Shown here: positions 57,440-64,000 of the stretch, one piece after another
Layout: each line of letters opens with the position of its first letter
Numbering within the stretch: position 1 is the first letter of the stretch
Assembly: GCA_009914755.4 (NCBI GenBank)
Contig: CP068257.2
Coordinates: 8,960,001 to 9,024,000 of the forward strand
Length of the DNA: 64,000 nucleotides
Direction of reading: 5' to 3'
From: the human T2T-CHM13v2.0 reference genome, Homo sapiens
Made by a program: the position numbers and the translations under genes
Notes under the pieces: model-generated
Seen by the model: only the letters and a program-made list of their open reading frames with translations
Database searches by the model: none
Told to the model about the DNA's origin: nothing

Positions 57440-60400
57440 CTCATCTCTAGTACACTCCTTTCAATTCCATTCCTTCCCAATCTATTCCATTCTACTCCCT
57501 TCCACTCCTGTCCACTCCATGCAATTCCGTTGCACCCTATTCCATTCCAAACCATTCCACTCCCCTCCACTTCACGACATTCGGTTTGATACCATTTGAT
57601 GCCATTTGATTCCTTTCCATTTGATCCCATTCCATTGGATTCCATTCCCTTCAATACCACTCCACTCGAATATATTCCACTCGAGTCAATTCTGTTGCAG
57701 TCCATTGCATTCCATTCCATTTTATTTCATTCGATTCCATTCCATTCCATTGCATTCCATTGCATTCTATTCCATTCCATTGCATTCCATTCCATTCCAA
57801 TGCATTCCATTGCATTCTATTCCATTCCATTGCATTCCATTCCATTCCAATGCATTCCATTCCATTGCATTCCATTCCATTCCGTTGCATTCCTTTGCAT
57901 TCCTTTCAATTCCATTTGATTGCATTGCATTCCTTTCCATTCCATTTCATTACACTACATTGATTCCATTCCTTTCTATTCTATTCCATTCCATTCCAAT
58001 CCATTCCACTCCACTCAATTCCTTTCCATTCCATTTCACTCCATTCCATTCCATTCCATTTCACTCCACACCACTCCATTCCACTCCACCCCGCTCCATT
58101 CCATTACATTACATTGAACTACATTTCTCTGCAGTCCTCTCCATTCAATTCCATTCCTTCCAAATCTATTCCATTCCACTCCATTCAACTCCAGTCCACT
58201 CCATTCAATTGCACCCTGTTCTCTTCCACCCCATTCCACTCCCCTCCTCTTCATCACGTTCCATTCGATACCATTTGATGCCATTCGCTTCCTTTCCATT
58301 CGATTCCATTCCATTTGATTCCATTCCATTCGATACCACTCCATTCGAATGTATTCCACTCGAGTCACTTTCATTGGCGTCCATTGAATTCCATTCCATT
58401 TTATTTCGTTAGATTCATTTTCATTCTGTTGCATTCCATTCCATTCCATTCCATTTCAGTCCATTCCATTGCATTCCATTCCATTCCGTTGCATTCCATT
58501 GCATTCCATTCCATTCCATTCCATTGCATTCCATTGCATTCCATTCCATTCCGTTGCATTCCATTGCATTCCATTGCATTCCATTGCATTCCATTCCATT
58601 CCATTCGATTCCATTCCATTCCATTCCATTCCATTACATTCGAATCCATTCCATTCATTTCGATTCCATTCCATTCCATTCCATTCCATTCCATTCCAAT
58701 CCATTCCATTCATTTCGATTCCATTCCATTCCATTCCATTCCACTCCATTCAATTACATTCCATTCAATTCGATGTCATTCCATTCCATTCTATTCCATT
58801 CCACTCCATTCCACTCCACTGAATTCCATTCCATTCAATTCCACTCCATTCCATTCCATTCCCTTCCATTCCATTCCATTCCATTCCACTCCACACCACT
58901 CCATTCCACTCCACCCCACTCCATTCCATTCCATTCCATTGCACAACACTGCTCTCCAGTCCACTCTGTTCAATTCCATTCCTTCCCAATCTATTCCATT
59001 CCACTCCATTCAACTCCAGTCCACTCCATTCAATTCCATTGCACCCTATACCCTTCCACTCCATTCCACTCCACTCCACTTCACAACATTCCATTCTAAT
59101 ACACTCTATGCCATTCGATTACTTTCCATTTGATTCCATTCCATTGGATTCCATTCCATTCGATACCACTCCATTCAAATCCATTGCATTCGAGTCCATT
59201 CCATTGGAATCCATTGTTATTCCATTCCATTTTATTCCATTCTATTCCATTCCATTCCATTCCATTGCATTCCATTCCTTTGCATTCCATTTAATTGCAT
59301 TCCATTCAATTCCTTTCTATTCCATTTGATTCCATTCCATTCCATTCCACTCCATTAAATTCGATGTCATTCCATTCGACTCAATTCCATTACATTCCAT
59401 TACATTCCTCTCAATTACATTCAATTCGATTCCAATCCATTCGTTTCCATTCCATTTGTATCCATTCCATTCTATTACATTCCATTGGTTGCCATTCCAT
59501 TAGATTCCATTCTATTCGATTCCATTCCTTTCGATTCCATTCCATTTCAATCCACGTCATTCGATTCCATTTCATTCCCGTCCATTCCTTTCCAGTCCAC
59601 TACGTTCGAGTCTATTCCTTTCAAGTCCATTCCATTCCATTCGTTTCCATTCCAGTACATTCGATTCCAATCCACTCCATTCTACTCCACTTCATTCCAT
59701 TCCATTCCATTCCACTCTATTCCATGCCATTCCGCTCCATTCCATTCCATTCATTTCCACTCCACTCCATTCTCCTCCACTCCACTCCACCCCACTACAT
59801 TCCATTCCATTCCATTGCACTACACCCCTCTCCAGGCCACTCCATTGAATTCCATTCCTTCCCAATCTATTCCATTCTACTCCATTCCTCTCCAGTCCAC
59901 TCCACTCCATTCAATTTCATTGCACCCTATTCCATTCCACTGCATTCCACTCCAATCCAGTTCACCACATTGCATTCTATTCCTATCAATGCCATGCGAT
60001 TGCATTCCATACTATTCCATTCCATGCAATTCCAATCCATTCGATTCCATTCCATTCGAATCCATTCCACTTGATTAAATAATTCCATTCAGTTCCTTTC
60101 CTTTCCATTCCATTTCCTTCCATTCCATTGCATTCCATTCCATTCCATTCCATTGTTTTCCATTCCTTTCCATTCCATTCCATTCCATTCCATTTGATTC
60201 CAATCCAATCCATTCCATTCCATTCCTTTCTATTTCATTCCATTCAATTCCATTCCATTCAGTTCGATATCATTCCATTCGATTCGATTCGATTCCATTC
60301 CATTCCATTCGGTTACATTCAATTCTATTCCATTCCTTTCATTTCCATTCCATTCGATTCCATTCCATTCAGTTACATTACATTCGGTGTCATTCCATTT

Positions 60401-61500
60401 GATTCCATTCCACTGGATTCCATTCCATTCGATCCCACTCCATTCGATTCCATTGCATTCAAGTCCATTCCTTTGGAATCCATTGCGTTCCATTCCTTTC
60501 CATTCCATTAGATTTCATTCCATTCCATTGCCTTCCCTTTGATTCCATTCCATTCCATTTGATTCTGTTTGATTCCATTGCATTCAATTCCATATCATTC
60601 CATTCGATTCCATTCCATTCAATTCCATTCCAATCGATTGCATTCAATTCAATTCCATTCCATTCGTTTCCATTCCATTCTATTACATTCCATTCATTGC
60701 CATTCCATTCGATTACATTCTATTCGATTCCATTCCATTCCTGTCCATACCATTAGAGTACATGTCATTTGAGTCCATTTCATTCCCGTCCAGTCCATTC
60801 CGGTCCATTACATTCGAGTCCATTCCATTCGAATCCATTGCATTCCATTCCGTTCCATTCTAGTACATTCAGTTCCATTCCACTCCATTCTACTCCACTC
60901 CATTCCATTCCATTACACTCCATTCCATTCCATTCCATTCAATTCGATATCATTCCATTCGATTCCATTCCATTCAATTCCTTTCCACTCGATTACTTTC
61001 AATGCGATTCCACTCCCTTTGTTTGCATTCCATTCTTTGCCATTCCATTCGATTCCATTCTATTCAATTCCATTCCATTGGAGTCAATATCATTTGAGTC
61101 CGTATCATTTGAGTCCAGTTCATTCCCGTTCAGTCCATTCCAGTCAATTACATTCGAGTCCATTCCATTCGAATCCATTCCATTGCATTCCCTTCCATTC
61201 CATTCCAGTACATTCAATTCCATTCCAATCCATTCTACTCCACTCCATTCCATCCCATTCCAATCCATTCCATTCCATTCCACTCCACTCCATTTCATTC
61301 GACTCCACTCCACTCCACCCAACTCCATTCCTTTCCATTCCATTGCACTACACTCCACTCCAGTCCACTCTGCTCAATTCCATTCCTTCACAATCTATTC
61401 CGTTCCACTCCCTTCCACTCTAGGCCACTCCACTCCATTCAATTCCATTGCACCCTTTTCCATTCCCCTCCATTCCATGCCACTGCACTTTACCAAATTC
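57440..61500 (+). repeat. Second HOR domain with a period of about 0.7-0.9 kb. It contains CATTGCATTC (GCATT-variant) blocks.
   Basis: The landmark CTCTCCAGTCCACTCTGTTCAATTCCATTCCTTCCCAATCTATTCCATTCCACTCC...CCATTGCACCCTAT...CACTTCACAACATTCC recurs at about 57440, 58125, 58955, 59815 and 61355. GCATT-rich blocks sit at 57720-57900 and 58440-58620. The next landmark after 59815 arrives only after about 1.54 kb, at 61355, which may mean a degraded or skipped copy in between. Confidence 0.65.
57751..57870 (+). repeat. Perfect 60-bp tandem duplication in the GCATT-variant block.
   Basis: tgcattccattgcattctattccattccattgcattccattccattccaa repeats at 57751-57810 and 57811-57870. Confidence 0.8.
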
Positions 61501-62796
61501 CATTCCATTCCATTCGATGCCTTGCGTTTCCATTCCATGCGATTCCATTCCATACAATTCCATTCCATTCGAATCCATTCCATTTGTTTCCTTTCCATTT
61601 CATTCTATTCCATTCCATTCCATCGCATTCCATTCAACTCCACTTCACTCCATTCCACTCCACTTCATTCCATTCCATTCCACTCCATTCCTCTCCATTC
61701 CATTTCAATCTCTTCCACTCCATTTAATTCTATTCCCCTCCTCTCCAGTCCACTCCAATCCATTCCATTCCATTCCATTCCCCCCCACTCCATGCCATTC
61801 CACTCCATTCCAGTCTACTCCACTGCATTCCAGTCCACTCCACTCCACCCCATTACAATCTTTTCCCTTCAATTCCATTCCATTCCACTCCTCTCCATTC
61901 AATTTCCATCCATTCCATTCAATTCGAGGCCATTCCATTTGAGTCCATTCCATTGAAATCCATTCCATTCCATTCCATTAATTTCATTCCATTCCACTCC
62001 CCTACACTGCAATACACAACACTCCATTCTATTCCATTCCTTCCCTTTCCAGTCCGTTCCACTCCATTCCACTCCACTCCATTCAATTCCGTTACACCCA
62101 ATTCCATTCCAATCGATTCCACTCCACTCCACTTCACCGCATTCCATTCGATTCCATTTGATGCCATTCAATTCCATTCCACTCGATTACATTCCACTCA
62201 AATCCTTTCCATTTAACTCCATTCTTTCGATTCTATTCCATTTCAGTCCATTGCATTCCAGTCCATTCCATTCCAGTCCGTTCCATTCGAGTCATTGCAT
62301 TCCACTGCATTCCATTCCATTCCGTTCCATTTCATTCCATTCCACTCCACTCCACTCCAATCCATTCCATTCCATTCCATTCAATTCTATCCCGCTGCAC
62401 TCCACTCCACTCCACTCCATTTCATTCCACTCCACTCAATTCCATTCCCCTCCAATCTAGTAAAATCTGTTCCATTCCAATCCACTACACTCAACTCCAC
62501 TCCACTCCACTTCCCTCCGTTCCTTTGCATTCCGTTCCATTCCGCTCCACTCCAATCCACTACCTTGCATTCAGTTCCATCCTTCCCATTCCATTCCATT
62601 CCCCTCCATTCCACCCCACTCCAGTCCATTCAATTCCATTTCACACTATTCCATTCCAATCCATTCCTCTCCACTCCACTCCATTTCATTGCATTCCATT
62701 CGATTCTTTAGGATGCCATTCGATTCCATTCCATTCCATCCATTCCATTCGATTCCATTCCTTTCCATCCCATTCCATTCAAATTCAATTAGGATA

Positions 62797-64000
62797 AGTG
62801 CACTTGAATCAAGACAAGGTATAAATAAAATACCTAAAATAATAATACCTAGACTCAAAATTTAAATCATGGCATCATGGGTAGGTAATACAGTTCTATG
62901 TTTAGCACATCAATAAGTTATTACCATATTTAGGAGCTCAGATGGGTGGAAAGATGTCATGTAACACTGTGCTTAACTATCAATTTAGAATTCAAAATTA
63001 GATGTAATTAACTACATCCTTTAACTCTGGTAGCATTACTAAATTTCATAAACCATTTCTAAATATTTTAAATTGTAGTTGGTATCATATTAATATGTAA
63101 ACGTGTAATACCCATCAATTTGTAGGTACCCTTATACCACTTAATTTCATATGTCAAAATCTTGTAAACTTGAATGACTGCAGTGCAAAAGTAATTAAGT
63201 GTACCAGACAGCAACACCTATCAGGTAGTCAAAGCACTTCCCATTGTATAATGAGATGAAGCAGAAAGAGTGTATCTTAAGAGAGTGTGCAGAGCAGCCC
63301 CATATGCAGAGGAAGCAGTGAGGCGAATTTTTTTTCTTCTTTAGAGAAGTCCCAGGAAATGGAAATTAAGTAAGCTTCAGCCTATTACGTAGTGCATTTT
63401 CCATAAATAGAGAATAAAACCTTACTGCTTTAACATGCTTCAAGCCCCAGTGGAGACACTGAAGGAAAATTATACAAGTTTTGCAGCAGATTTCAGGGTC
63501 CCAGGGAGGTGGAGTTGACTGTCAGTGACAAAGCGGTTTTATTTAAGTAGGAAAAATGAATCATTATCACCTTTGACTAGAAAAATAACATTATCACCCT
63601 CACACATGGAGCACTGAGGGATTCACTAAATGTCTTTTGTGTCATATGAAGCACACAGGTTTTAATTAACTCCTTGTTGTAGAAGGTACTATCACGGGTA
63701 TTTGTTTTTTTGGACACACTCATGGAATGTTTTTTTCTGTAGCTACAGAAAGCCTTCAGTTATCCCATTTTCCATCAAGATGAGGACTTGCCTCACTTTC
63801 ACCATGCAGTCCAGAGGTTTCTAATGAACACATTTTTAAATATAGATTGGACACTATTCAAAAGACTGACCTGACTTCGAAACAGTGGCTTCCAGATCTC
63901 CCAGATATGTGACTGTTCATGAAGGTGTGTCAAGAACCTCCACATTTTCCCACTTCTTCCTTGCAGTTCAGAGACATTTTATTCTCTATCCATTAGTTTA
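62797..64000. other. Non-satellite, AT-rich flank of unknown identity. No ORF of 60 aa or more.
   Basis: The pentamer periodicity ends abruptly at ...cattcaaattcaattagg|ataagtgcacttgaatcaagacaagg. Composition is heterogeneous beyond that. I recognise no TE consensus by eye, and the ORF track has no entries past 62858. Confidence 0.6.

Larger units (their letters stand above)
1..62796 (+). repeat. Human classical pentameric satellite array (CATTC)n/(GGAAT)n of the satellite II/III family, HSat3-like. Orientation is uniform across the whole array.
   Basis: The CATTC pentamer and its variants (CCACT, CATTG, CGATT, CGAGT) tile the full span. The + strand is almost G-free. Every minus-strand ORF reads MEWNG... 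(GGAATGGAAT) and every plus-strand ORF reads IPFHS... (ATTCCATTCC), so there is no inversion. Occasional ATTCGGGTC/ACTCGGGTCC motifs resemble the reverse complement of the HSat3 CAACCCGAGT 10-mer. Confidence 0.95.

Noticed and set aside
1-62796. Alpha-satellite, that is centromeric 171-bp monomers.
   Set aside because: There is no 171-bp periodicity and no CENP-B box (TTCGTTGGAAACGGGA). The sequence is a 5-bp (CATTC) repeat, which is classical satellite II/III and not alphoid.
1-62796. Telomeric or subtelomeric repeats (TTAGGG/CCCTAA), or a CRISPR-like regular direct-repeat and spacer array.
   Set aside because: I found no CCCTAA or TTAGGG tracts. The periodicity is continuous pentameric satellite with no unique spacers, and this is eukaryotic (human) sequence, so CRISPR does not apply.
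29-62858. The hundreds of ORFs of 60-660 aa in the six-frame track, for example 21540-23522 (+, 660 aa) and 37813-39621 (+, 602 aa), which look like candidate coding regions.
   Set aside because: All are in-frame readings of the pentamer repeat. The + strand reads ATTCCATTCC as I-P-F-H-S and the - strand reads GGAATGGAAT as M-E-W-N-G. The low-complexity 5-residue periodicity matches the DNA repeat exactly, and stop codons are absent only because the + strand lacks the A/G combinations needed for a stop. There are no start or RBS/Kozak contexts, no codon-usage signal, and ORFs overlap in every frame on both strands. These are artefacts, not genes.
63331-63376. A possible micro-exon: a polypyrimidine tract plus AG acceptor (ttttttttcttctttag, AG at 63343-63344) followed about 25 bp later by a GTAAGC donor-like site at 63370-63375.
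   Set aside because: Short acceptor-like and donor-like strings arise by chance in AT-rich DNA. There is no supporting ORF, no conservation and no transcript evidence that I can assess. Without tools I treat it as coincidence; it deserves a look only if RNA-seq maps there.

Overview
Summary: Positions 1-62,796 are one continuous array of human classical pentameric satellite, (CATTC)n on the + strand and (GGAAT)n on the - strand. It belongs to the satellite II/III family and most resembles HSat3: long stretches are near-pure ATTCC, degenerate ACTCGGGT relics of the HSat3 10-mer are present, and the HSat2-type GATGAT motif is rare. The array keeps one orientation over all 62.8 kb with no strand switch. 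It is old and diverged: the longest perfect (ATTCC) run is about 13 units. There are no protein-coding genes. Every ORF in the supplied six-frame track is a repeat artefact, reading IPFHS... on + and MEWNG... on -. Within the array I can see by eye: (i) a bipartite alternation of CpG-free CCACT/CCATT sub-blocks and CpG/HinfI-rich CATTCGATTC sub-blocks, joined by a conserved junction motif; (ii) a nested higher-order-repeat (HOR) domain at about 35.7-45.3 kb; (iii) a second, shorter-period HOR domain at about 57.4-61.5 kb that carries GCATT-variant blocks; (iv) one ~400-bp and several near-identical short tandem duplications; (v) non-collinear segmental homologies at offsets of about 13.6 and 19.7 kb; and (vi) a ~60-bp antisense Alu 3'-end fragment at 32,687-32,750 followed by a local 30-50-bp-period variant block. 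At 62,796/62,797 the array stops abruptly and gives way to about 1.2 kb of AT-rich non-satellite sequence with no ORF of 60 aa or more. I see no new coding system here. What is interesting is the array architecture and its boundary. The chromosomal origin (for example 9q12, 1q12, 15p, Yq12 or an acrocentric short arm) cannot be decided by eye and needs alignment to a T2T assembly.
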